64,000 nucleotides of DNA from an uncultured Actinomycetes bacterium (GTDB lineage Bacteria > Actinomycetota > Actinomycetes > Streptosporangiales > Streptosporangiaceae): assembly GCA_963755815.1 (NCBI GenBank), contig CAVWLF010000001.1, positions 1 through 64,000 of the forward strand, in the 5' to 3' direction. Each line of letters opens with the position of its first letter. Position 1 is the stretch's first letter. The notes beneath the pieces are model-generated. The model was not told where the DNA came from. It worked only from the letters and a program-made list of their open reading frames with translations, and made no database searches. Both the position numbers and the translations under genes were made by a program. Positions 56,932 through 64,000 of the stretch are shown here, in pieces.

Positions 56932-58026
56932 TTACCGTCCCGTCGCATAGCAGCGCAGCAGTTCCGCCACGGTCCGGCGCGCGCGGGGGCGCGGCGTGGC
57001 CCTGAGCACATCGTGATCGGCGGCCGCGATCGCGGCCAGCGCGGCCCGGCCGCCGGCCACGTATCCGGCCACGGCCGCCCGGGCGAACCCGCGCAGCGTG
57101 CCGACCAGCGGAGCGCCGGCATCGAGCAGCGCCCGGGCCCGCTGCGTCTCGAACCCGACCAGCGCGCGCAGCGCGGGCGACGACCGGGGCGCGGAAAGGT
57201 CGGACTCGGCGCAGCCGTACCTGGTCATGTCCTCGCCGGGCAGGTAGATACGCCCGGCCCGGAAGTCCTCGCCGACGTCCTGCCAGTGCTCGGCCAGCTG
57301 CAGCGCGGTGCAGACCTGATCGGAGAGCGCGGCCCGGGCCGGGGAGAACGCGCCGAAGGCATACAGCACAATCCGGCCGACCGGATTGGCCGAAAGGCGG
57401 CAGTATCCCTGCAGGTCATCGAATGTCGGATAGCGGGTGACCAGCTGGTCCTGCCGGTTGGCCTGGATCAGGTCCAGAAAGGGCTGCGGCGGGATCGCGC
57501 ACTGGCTGACGACCGGGCCGAGTGCGCGGATCACGCTCAGTTCCGGGCCGCCGCCCTGGCCCGCGTCCCGGTGGCCCGCCTCGTCCCGGTGACCCGCAGC
57601 GGCCTGATCCGCAGCGGGCCCCCCAGCGCCCGCCCGGTCCGCATCCGGCAGGCCCGCGCCCGCCTGGTCCGCATCCGGCGGGCTCGCACCCGCCCCGTCC
57701 GCATCCGGCAGGCCCGCGTACAGCCTGCCCAGGTCGGCCTCCAGCTCATCGAGCAGGCGGGCCCGCTCGGCGACCGGAGCGCGGTCCCCGATGTCATCGG
57801 CCGTGCGGGCGAAGCCGTAGACGGCCATCAGGTGCTGCCGGTGGCGCGCGGGCAGCAGCCGGAGGGCGACCGGGAAATTCTCGCCCGCCGACCGGGCCGC
57901 CATCGCCGCCTGGATACCCGGCCCGGTGGCCGGCGAAGGGCCGGTTGATGCCGGGCCCCCGTCGGCCGCGACCGCGATTGTGTCAGCCGACAGGCCGGAT
58001 TCCCGGTCGGGGAACCCGGTGCCCAT
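56932..58026 (-). CDS. hpnC: hydroxysqualene synthase (HpnC; squalene/phytoene synthase family) with internal repeat insertion
   Basis: GENFPVALRLLPARHRQHLMAVYGFARTADDIGD and HWQDVGEDFRAGRIYLP. Start taken at ATG 58026 because the upstream ORF extension is AT-rich with low GC3. Confidence 0.85.
   Translation of the reverse strand: MGTGFPDRESGLSADTIAVAADGGPASTGPSPATGPGIQAAMAARSAGENFPVALRLLPARHRQHLMAVYGFARTADDIGDRAPVAERARLLDELEADLGRLYAGLPDADGAGASPPDADQAGAGLPDADRAGAGGPAADQAAAGHRDEAGHRDAGQGGGPELSVIRALGPVVSQCAIPPQPFLDLIQANRQDQLVTRYPTFDDLQGYCRLSANPVGRIVLYAFGAFSPARAALSDQVCTALQLAEHWQDVGEDFRAGRIYLPGEDMTRYGCAESDLSAPRSSPALRALVGFETQRARALLDAGAPLVGTLRGFARAAVAGYVAGGRAALAAIAAADHDVLRATPRPRARRTVAELLRCYATGR
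57607..57726. repeat. 4 x 30-bp in-frame tandem repeat inside hpnC
   Basis: Units start at 57607 (degenerate), 57637, 57667 and 57697. Core GTCCGCATCCGGC(A/G)GGC(C/T)CGC. They encode (L/P)PDAD(G/Q/R)AGA(S/G)-type decapeptides. Confidence 0.75.
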
Positions 58027-58087
58027 TGGCGTCCGGTCGCGTGTCACGGTCCCTATTTCTGCACAGTTCTCATGGATTTGCAAATAA

Positions 58088-58166
58088 ATGACATCGACGT
58101 CATATGACATGCGTGTCGCTCTTCCCGGAAATCATGACGCGGACGTCACATGACGTCCGTGTCGCC
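58088..58166 (-). promoter_or_regulatory. candidate operator pair upstream of the hopanoid operon
   Basis: Two ~33-bp direct repeats, 46 bp apart: ATGACATCGACGTCATATGACATGCGTGTCGCT at 58088-58120 and ATGACGCGGACGTCACATGACGTCCGTGTCGCC at 58134-58166. Each contains an inverted repeat GACGTCA-N2-TGAC(G/A)T(C/G). They sit in an AT-rich stretch 62-140 nt upstream of the hpnC ATG, next to a TTGCAA hexamer (58077-58082). Confidence 0.4.
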
Positions 58167-58388
58167 TTTCCGCGTGACTCCCGCCAGATCGCGGCGGTGC
58201 GCAGATCATATAGGCCGGCCGGGCTGGCGGGAGCACATTATTCCGTTCGTGACCGATTGTCGGCACCGATTGCAATAAACCCGCCGCGGCGGAATTAATC
58301 TGCTAAGTAAAATTCATATCGCCGGAGCGGTCCCCCGATCGGGCCGCGCCGTCGCGATCAGGGCCGCCGCCAGGTGCCGCTGGGCAGC

Positions 58389-59489
58389 TCAGGCCCGCCA
58401 GATGAGAACCAGCGCGCAGTCGTCCGAGCTGCGCGCGCCCGCCTGCATGGACCGGACCAGCGCCCCGGCCCCGGCCCCGAAGCCCGATGCCACCAGCCGG
58501 TCCGCCTCGCCGAGCAGCCGGTCAATCCCGGCGTCAATGTCCCGGCCCGGCACTTCCACCAGCCCGTCGGTGTAAAGCATCAGCGCGTCACCCGGCCGCA
58601 GCGCGCCGCGTTCCGGAACGCTACGCAAATCGGGAACCACGCCGAGGACGATCCCCCGGGCCTGGGTAATCCGCCAGGTCCCGGCGCCCGCGTCAAAATG
58701 CGCGGCCGGCGGGTGCCCGGCAGAAGCGACAATGTAGTCCCCGGTCGCGAGGTCCAGCGACAGGTGCACGGCGGTGACGAAACCCTCCGTGGATGGCCCG
58801 CGCCGCAGATAGGCATTGCACGAAGCGAGAAACTCGCCGCGGGGCACGGAGCCAAGGAGCCCGCCGAATGCGCCGGATAGCAGCAGCGCACGGGTGCCGG
58901 CGTCGATCCCCTTTCCGGGCACGTCGACCAGCGCCACCTCAAGGGTCTTGCCGTCGCAGGCGGAGACCAGGAAATCGCCGCCGAACGACGCCCCGTCGGC
59001 CGGCTGCAGGATCGAGGTCGATTTCCAGCCGGGCGGCAGCGCGGGCAGCTTGCCCTGCGCCCGGATCCGGTCCCGCAGCTCGATCAGCATCTGGTCCCCG
59101 CGCAGGCCCTGCACGCCGAGCTTGGCCCGGGTCCTGGCCAGGACAAACGCGAACGCGGCAGTGATCACGATGGTCGCGATGATGCCAGGAGGAGCCCGGC
59201 CCGCCATCACGTCGTAGGCCAGCGTGGCTGCGACGACGCCGAACAGGACCAGCAGCGCGCGGGGCCAGAGCAGCAGGCCGCCGGCCATGATGGGCAGGAT
59301 CATCACCCCGGCCGGGAACCACGACTGGGACACGTGCCCGCCCGCGATGCCGATGCCCACGGTGACGGCGGCCAGCACGACGAAGAGCCGCCGGTTCCTG
59401 GTAATGAACTGCCGCCGAACCCAGCCGCGCACCCGTGCCGCGGCCGCCTGCGCGGCGCGGAGCTGGCGGTGCGGCACCGAGGTAACCAT
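58389..59489 (-). CDS. membrane-anchored PP2C (SpoIIE-type) serine/threonine phosphatase
   Basis: Start at MVTSVPHRQL (ATG 59489). About 4 TM helices, then PP2C motifs FGGDFLV, DVPGKGIDAG and LYTDGLVE. The longer ORF-track extension overlaps the plus-strand TGT-like gene and is rejected. Confidence 0.85.
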   Translation of the reverse strand: MVTSVPHRQLRAAQAAAARVRGWVRRQFITRNRRLFVVLAAVTVGIGIAGGHVSQSWFPAGVMILPIMAGGLLLWPRALLVLFGVVAATLAYDVMAGRAPPGIIATIVITAAFAFVLARTRAKLGVQGLRGDQMLIELRDRIRAQGKLPALPPGWKSTSILQPADGASFGGDFLVSACDGKTLEVALVDVPGKGIDAGTRALLLSGAFGGLLGSVPRGEFLASCNAYLRRGPSTEGFVTAVHLSLDLATGDYIVASAGHPPAAHFDAGAGTWRITQARGIVLGVVPDLRSVPERGALRPGDALMLYTDGLVEVPGRDIDAGIDRLLGEADRLVASGFGAGAGALVRSMQAGARSSDDCALVLIWRA

Positions 59490-59717
59490 GTTGGCCGCAC
59501 TGTATCGGTATGCGGCCGTTCCGGCACGTTCCCGCCGGTCCGCGCGGCCCCGCTGCCGCCCGGCCGGGCTGGCCGGCAGCGGGCAGGCCGCCGATCGCCA
59601 AGCCGGGCCCGGCCGAGGATACTGTGCAGGCGGACTTGATACGAGGGGGTCGAAAGCAGCCTGACTACGTTCTCGCGGGAGTTCGTCACCAATCGCGGCA
59701 CCAGGCACCAGCTCCCC

Positions 59718-60710
59718 ATGTTCCTGCCCGTCTACCAGCCGCACCGGCTGGCCGGGCTGCTCGACGGCTGGGCCGGCGGCCCGGCCGTCGACGGCTGCAT
59801 TGTCAATGCCTACTTCCTGTACAAGCAGCGCGACCTCAAGCGCAGGCTGACGACCGAGCAGGACCTGCACGACTACCTGTCCTTCCAGCGGCTGGTCGCG
59901 ACCGACTCCGGGGCGTTCCAGGGCTTCACCCGGCGGCTGTACCTCAAGAACGCCGACATCGTCAGGTTCCAGGACCGGATCGGCAGCGACGTGCTGGCGC
60001 CGCTGGACCTGGTCACCCCGCCCGGTGACAACCGCGAGACCGCGACGGCCAAGCTGCGCGCCACCGAGACCCGGATCCGGCAGGCGCTGCGCATCGTGGA
60101 GCGCGGCGTGCTGGCCGGGGTCCAGCAGGGCGGCCGGTTCCCCGACCTGCGGCACGAGAGCACCAGCGTGCTGCGCGACCTCGGCGTGCGCTACCTGGCG
60201 CTGGGCAGCCTGGTGCCGTTCTTCACCCGGAATCACGACATCCGGTTCGTCTGCGCGGTCGCGGCCGACGCCCGCCAGGTGATCGGGCCAGAGGTGCCCA
60301 TCCACCTTTACGGCGCCGGTGATCCGGTCGAGCTCCCGTTCCTGGTCGCCTCCGGGGTGAGCATCTTCGACTCCGCGTCCTACGGCCACTTCGCCCAGGG
60401 CGGCTGGTACATGACGCCGTACGGGTCGCTGCGCGACATCGGCCCGGTCCGCGCCGGGGAGTACCGGTGCGCGTGCCCGGTCTGCCCGCCGGACATGACG
60501 GAACTGCCCGGCGGCGATGACCTGTTCCGGCACAACCTCTGGACCATCCTCGCCACGATGGAGGAGATCAACCGCCGCCTCGAGGCCGGCACCCTGGCCG
60601 GGTACCTGGCCGAGGTGCTCGATGTGCACGGTGCCTGGTTCCCCGGCAGCGCGCTCGCCACGTCCTGGCGCACCGTGGAGGACGGACGTGACCAGCCAGC
60701 CAGTTCCTGA
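59718..60710 (+). CDS. tRNA-guanine transglycosylase-fold protein (TGT/DpdA-like 7-deazaguanine base-exchange enzyme)
   Basis: 330 aa with TGT-family blocks: PMFLPVYQ, ATDSGAFQG, LALGSLVP, HLYGAGDPVELPFLVASGVSIFDSASY, and the zinc motif CACPVCPP...FRHNLW. Shorter than housekeeping bacterial Tgt. Confidence 0.85.
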   Translation: MFLPVYQPHRLAGLLDGWAGGPAVDGCIVNAYFLYKQRDLKRRLTTEQDLHDYLSFQRLVATDSGAFQGFTRRLYLKNADIVRFQDRIGSDVLAPLDLVTPPGDNRETATAKLRATETRIRQALRIVERGVLAGVQQGGRFPDLRHESTSVLRDLGVRYLALGSLVPFFTRNHDIRFVCAVAADARQVIGPEVPIHLYGAGDPVELPFLVASGVSIFDSASYGHFAQGGWYMTPYGSLRDIGPVRAGEYRCACPVCPPDMTELPGGDDLFRHNLWTILATMEEINRRLEAGTLAGYLAEVLDVHGAWFPGSALATSWRTVEDGRDQPASS

Positions 60711-61599
60711 CGACCTGCTCGCCCGGCTCGCGGCGGACTTCGCCGACCAGGTGACGGCGCGCTACCGCATCGACCGCGCCGATGCGGTCGCGATGATCCT
60801 GGCCGACTGGCAGGGCCGGCCCCGGCTGGTCGCGGCGGCGGCCGCCGCGTCCTCGCCCGCGGAGGTGCGCAGGCTGCGGATCTATCAGGACGCAGCCGCC
60901 GCAACCAAGCGGGACATCTACCGCCGGCTCCGGCGTTACCGGGCGGCCGGGACCGCCTTCGACGATGCGGTGCGCGCGCTCGCCACCCTGGCGCCGGGCT
61001 GCCCGCCGGACCTGCTCGCCGGACGGATCACCGCGATCGCGGCCGCGCACGTGAGCACCGCCGAGCGGCTGCCGCATCTCGGCGAGTTCCTGGCCGCGCT
61101 GACCGCCGCCGCCGGCGCCTTCGAGACGGTGGTCGACGCCGGATGCGGGGTGCTGCCGTTGCTGTTCCCGTTCGACTCGGACGCCAGCGCCGGCGTTCGC
61201 GAGTACTGGGCCATGGACAAGGACCAGCGCGCCATCACCGCCCTGCGCGAGTACGCCCGCGTCCGCGCGGACCGGCGGATCCGCCCGCTGCACTGGAATA
61301 TCGCCGATGGCTGGCAGCCGGCGTTCGACGCCGGCCTGCCGGCCCGCTGTGACCTGGGCCTGCTGCTCAAGGTGGTGCCGGTGGTCCGGCGCCAGGACCC
61401 GGCCCTGCTGCGCGGGCTGGCCGCCATCCCGGCCGACCGGCTGGTGATCAGCGGCTCCCGGACGGCCATGGCCAAGCGCCGCGATATCGAGCGCCGGGAG
61501 ACCCGGGAACTGCAGCGCTTCTGCGCTGAGCATGCGCTGACGGAGATCGGGCGTTTCCGCACGGCCGACGAGGTCTGCCTGGTGGTGCAACGGGGATAG
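60688..61599 (+). CDS. FmrO/Sgm/Rmt-family SAM-dependent methyltransferase homolog (16S rRNA m7G1405 methyltransferase family)
   Basis: GTG start with GGAGGA 6 nt upstream, overlapping the TGT-like gene by 23 nt. Motifs recalled from Sgm/Rmt proteins: HVSTAERLPHLGEF, VVDAGCGVLPL (SAM motif I), WAMDKD, and CDLGLLLKVVPVV. The comparison is from memory, not a search. Confidence 0.72.
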   Translation: MTSQPVPDDLLARLAADFADQVTARYRIDRADAVAMILADWQGRPRLVAAAAAASSPAEVRRLRIYQDAAAATKRDIYRRLRRYRAAGTAFDDAVRALATLAPGCPPDLLAGRITAIAAAHVSTAERLPHLGEFLAALTAAAGAFETVVDAGCGVLPLLFPFDSDASAGVREYWAMDKDQRAITALREYARVRADRRIRPLHWNIADGWQPAFDAGLPARCDLGLLLKVVPVVRRQDPALLRGLAAIPADRLVISGSRTAMAKRRDIERRETRELQRFCAEHALTEIGRFRTADEVCLVVQRG

Positions 61600-61645
61600 T
61601 GCCCCGTTTCCGCGTTTTCTGGTGCGGGCGGAAACCGGCCGGCCG

Positions 61646-62011
61646 TCAGGATGGCTCGTCTTCGCCCCGGTACACGCAGCCGCAGGTGCACGTCTCGCGC
61701 ACGATGACCGCCGACAGCGGCAGCTGCCCGGTCAGCCGCCGCCAGATCCACCGGGCCAGGACCTCGCTGGTCGGGTTGTCCAGGCCCGCCACCTCGTTCA
61801 GGTAGCGGTGGTCCAGCTGATCATGCAGCGGCCGGAACGCCGCGGAAATCTCGGCGAAGTCCAGCACCCAGCCGGTCACCTGGTCCACGTCGCCCCGGAC
61901 GTGAATCTCCACCCGGTACGAGTGCCCGTGCAGGCGGGCGCACTTGTGCCCGGCGGGCACCTGCGGCAGCCGGTGCGCGGCCTCGAAGGTGAACTCGCGG
62001 TAGATCTCCAT
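61646..62011 (-). CDS. queD: 6-carboxy-5,6,7,8-tetrahydropterin synthase
   Basis: [16 protein letters not shown]...[11 protein letters not shown] (zinc-binding His triad and catalytic Cys context). The ATG overlaps the queE stop. Confidence 0.9.
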   Translation of the reverse strand: MEIYREFTFEAAHRLPQVPAGHKCARLHGHSYRVEIHVRGDVDQVTGWVLDFAEISAAFRPLHDQLDHRYLNEVAGLDNPTSEVLARWIWRRLTGQLPLSAVIVRETCTCGCVYRGEDEPS

Positions 62012-62658
62012 CAGGCAATTCCGGCGTACTTGTGGGTCTGCAGGCTGAGCCGCCACTGCGGGTGCGCCAGGCAGTATTCGATGGCGGCCCTGGTATTCGC
62101 CTCGCGATCGGGGCCATCCATCGGCTGCAGCAGGAAATTCGCGAAGTCGAGATCCTCGAACCGCCCGGGCTCCGCGCCCGGCTGCGGGAACACCAGCTTG
62201 AGGTCGTCACCTTCGGTCAGCACCAGGCCGGCGCCGGCCTTGGGGCTGACGCAGATCCAGTCCAGGCCGGCCGGGGCCGGCCGGGTGCCGTTGGTCTCCA
62301 CCGCCACCTCGAACCCCACGCCGTGCAGTGCGTCGACCGCGGCCTTATCGAGCTGCAGCAGCGGCTCTCCGCCGGTGCACACCACGTAGGGCCGGCTCCG
62401 CAGGTGCGGCTGGCCCTGCCACGCCCAGGCCACCGCGGCGGCGAGATGGGCGGCGCTGTCAAACCGGCCCCCGCCCGGCCCGTCGGTCCCGGTGAACTCG
62501 GTATCGCAGAACTGGCAGATCGCCCGATGGCGGTCACTCTCCCGCCCGGTCCACAGGTTGCAGCTGGTGAAGCGGCAGAACACGGCCGGCCAGCCGGCCC
62601 GGGTGCCCTCCCCCTGCAGCGTGTAGAAGATCTCCTTGACCCGGTACGCCGGTCTCAC
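62011..62658 (-). CDS. queE: 7-carboxy-7-deazaguanine synthase (radical SAM)
   Basis: [30 protein letters not shown]...CQFCDT. The GTG start overlaps the queC stop (GTGA at 62655-62658). Confidence 0.9.
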   Translation of the reverse strand: MRPAYRVKEIFYTLQGEGTRAGWPAVFCRFTSCNLWTGRESDRHRAICQFCDTEFTGTDGPGGGRFDSAAHLAAAVAWAWQGQPHLRSRPYVVCTGGEPLLQLDKAAVDALHGVGFEVAVETNGTRPAPAGLDWICVSPKAGAGLVLTEGDDLKLVFPQPGAEPGRFEDLDFANFLLQPMDGPDREANTRAAIEYCLAHPQWRLSLQTHKYAGIA

Positions 62659-63368
62659 CCGGCGACCGCCAGCGCCGGGTCGGTCAGGCCCAGCTCGGCG
62701 AAGCCGCGCGCGCGCAGCAGGCACGAGTCACAGCTGCCGCAGGCCAGGCCGCCGGCCGGGTCGTAGCAGCTGTGGGTGAGCCCGTAGTCCACGCCGAGCT
62801 CCAGCCCGCGGCGGATCGTCCCGGCCTTGGTCAGCTGGATCAGGGGGGTGTGGATCTTCAGCTGCTGGCGGCCCTCGACACCGGCCTTGGTGGCCAGGTT
62901 GGCCATCCGCTCGAAGGCGGTGATGTACTCCGGCAGGCAGTCGGGGTAGCCGCTGTAGTCCAGCGCGCTCACCCCGATGAAGACGTCTGAGGCGCCCAGG
63001 GTCTCGGCCCAGGCGAGCGCGAACGACAGGAAGATCGTGTTCCTGGCCGGCACGTAGGTGACCGGAATCACGTCATCCAGGTCGTCGGCGCTGTCGTGGT
63101 GCGGCACGGCGATGGAGTCGTCGGTAAGCGCCGATCCGCCGAAGATGCGCAGGTCGATCTCGGCGATCACGTGCCGGGTGGTGCCCTGGGCGCGGGCCAC
63201 CCGCGCGGCGGCGTCAAGTTCCACCGTGTGCCGCTGCCCGTAGCGGAAGCTCAGCGCGTAAGCCTCGTAGTTCTCGCTGATGGCGACAGCCAGTGCGGTG
63301 GCCGAATCCAGGCCGCCGCTGAGCAGCACCACCGCTTTGCGTTGCGCCGTCATGGCCGGGCGAGTCAC
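62655..63368 (-). CDS. queC: 7-cyano-7-deazaguanine (preQ0) synthase
   Basis: PP-loop [10 protein letters not shown], then [19 protein letters not shown], and the C-terminal zinc motif CYDP...ACGSCDSC. Confidence 0.92.
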   Translation of the reverse strand: MTRPAMTAQRKAVVLLSGGLDSATALAVAISENYEAYALSFRYGQRHTVELDAAARVARAQGTTRHVIAEIDLRIFGGSALTDDSIAVPHHDSADDLDDVIPVTYVPARNTIFLSFALAWAETLGASDVFIGVSALDYSGYPDCLPEYITAFERMANLATKAGVEGRQQLKIHTPLIQLTKAGTIRRGLELGVDYGLTHSCYDPAGGLACGSCDSCLLRARGFAELGLTDPALAVAG

Positions 63369-63568
63369 TGTCCTGTTCCTTCCGGGGCAGCCCGTCGTCC
63401 TGGGCCGCCGCCACGATCCAGGGTATCCCGATCATGGCCCCCGGCCCCCGGCCGCCGGGCCGCCGGACCGGGCGCGACCCGGAGCCGGGCCGGCCGGGCG
63501 GCGGCCTGGCCGGGCGGCGGCCTGGCCGGGGGGACCCGGCGGGCCATGCGAGACTGGGCTAGGAGGCT

Positions 63569-63922
63569 GTGATGCCGGCGATGAAGATAGTGATCGATAC
63601 GGCCATGCGGGCCAGGGACGTCTCCCGGCCGCAGCCCGAGGACGTGGCCCGGGCGGAGGCGGCCGACGCGGCCGCGCGGGCGGCGAGCCCGGCCCGGCCA
63701 GCCACGACAGCCCGGCCCGGCCGGCCAGGCCGGCCACTGCCGCCCGGGAAACCGCCGAACAGCACGGGCCACCCGGGCGCGGCAAGCGCCGATGACCGCG
63801 CGAACGCCGCCAGCACCGCGGACAGGCCGGCCGAGCCAGGCTCAGGCCGGACGGACGCCCGGCCGCGCGCGGCCGGGCTGCCGTCGCCGCCACCCCGGCG
63901 GCGAGCCCGCCGGCACCGGTGA
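63569..63922 (+). CDS. hypothetical Pro/Ala/Arg-rich protein
   Basis: 117-aa ORF with a GC3-rich, ordered-looking N-terminus (MKIVIDTAMRARDVSRP) followed by low-complexity sequence. No family recognised. Confidence 0.3.
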   Translation: MMPAMKIVIDTAMRARDVSRPQPEDVARAEAADAAARAASPARPATTARPGRPGRPLPPGKPPNSTGHPGAASADDRANAASTADRPAEPGSGRTDARPRAAGLPSPPPRRRARRHR

Positions 63923-63935
63923 TGGTGGCCGGCGG

Positions 63936-64000
63936 TTACCCGCCCGGCAGCGGGGGCAGCACGCCGGTTTCCTCGTAGTCGGCGATCATCGCGAGCCGCC
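63936..64000 (-). CDS. 3' end of an unidentified minus-strand gene (partial, continues beyond the window)
   Basis: The reverse complement reads ...RLAMIADYEETGVLPPLPGG-stop (TAA at 63936-63938). Too short to assign. Confidence 0.3.
   Translation of the reverse strand, partial: RLAMIADYEETGVLPPLPGG

Noticed and set aside
19889-58026. Flotillin/NfeD plus hopanoid operon as one membrane-microdomain locus
   Set aside because: Hopanoids and flotillins are functionally linked in the literature. Here, however, the genes are about 27 kb apart, separated by unrelated sugar-utilisation and signalling genes. Co-localisation is not supported.
58274-58292. Intrinsic terminator after the PP2C gene (CCGCCGCGGCGG followed by GTTTATT on the minus strand)
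   Set aside because: The palindrome has no loop, so the effective stem is only about 4 bp. That is too weak to call.
59490-60629. N-terminal extension of the PP2C ORF to 746 aa
   Set aside because: It overlaps the motif-rich plus-strand TGT-like gene and its composition is Arg/Pro/Gly-rich. The phosphatase has a natural start (MVTSVPHRQL) followed by TM helices.
59718-63368. Toyocamycin/sangivamycin-type 7-deazapurine nucleoside antibiotic cluster
   Set aside because: Only the queC/D/E homologs are present. There is no GTP cyclohydrolase I, phosphoribosyltransferase, nitrile hydratase or purine-salvage-like tailoring genes in the window. The presence of a TGT-fold enzyme points to nucleic-acid base exchange instead. 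This cannot be fully excluded without the flanking sequence beyond 64000.
63369-63568. preQ1-type riboswitch upstream of queC
   Set aside because: I read the minus-strand leader and saw only GC-rich sequence with a 16-bp tandem duplicate (GGCCGGGCGGCGGCCT x2). There was no recognisable preQ1 aptamer consensus. A covariance-model scan would be needed to be sure.

Overview
The window is a very GC-rich, actinobacterial-type chromosomal segment. The organism call is inference only; the gene content and hopanoid cluster layout are reminiscent of Frankia-like actinomycetes. Most well-supported genes are on the minus strand.

Main blocks, left to right:
- 1-7.7 kb: two tRNA genes, then a patchy region with two ECF sigma modules, a NarL-type two-component system, and remnants of paralogous copies.
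- 7.7-19 kb: miscellaneous enzymes (GNATs, APH-like kinase, PhzF, S9 peptidase, methyltransferases, MFS pumps).
- 19.9-21.6 kb: a flotillin/NfeD pair.
- 21.9-30.1 kb: a GH127 beta-L-arabinofuranosidase sugar-ABC utilisation locus with a LacI regulator.
- 30.5-38.2 kb: ribokinase, a siderophore-interacting protein, a PP2C/anti-sigma-kinase fusion, and two frameshifted hydrolase-like genes.
- 38.2-48.7 kb: an envelope cluster on the minus strand. It holds a MacB/FtsX-type ABC exporter, a 2.0-kb tandem duplication of a large polytopic membrane protein, an SDR epimerase, a GT2 polyprenyl-phosphate sugar transferase, a nucleotide-sugar dehydrogenase and a GT-C remnant.
- 48.8-58.0 kb: a complete hopanoid operon (hpnC-hpnD-hpnE-polyprenyl synthase-shc-hpnG::ispH-hpnH).
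- 59.7-63.4 kb: the most unusual element. A TGT/DpdA-like transglycosylase is translationally coupled to an Sgm/Rmt(FmrO)-family methyltransferase homolog and faces queC-queE-queD.

The window is also rich in short tandem repeats at gene starts and ends, and it has several frameshifted genes. No transposase, integrase or CRISPR array was seen. All similarity statements are by-eye motif recognition; no database search was run.
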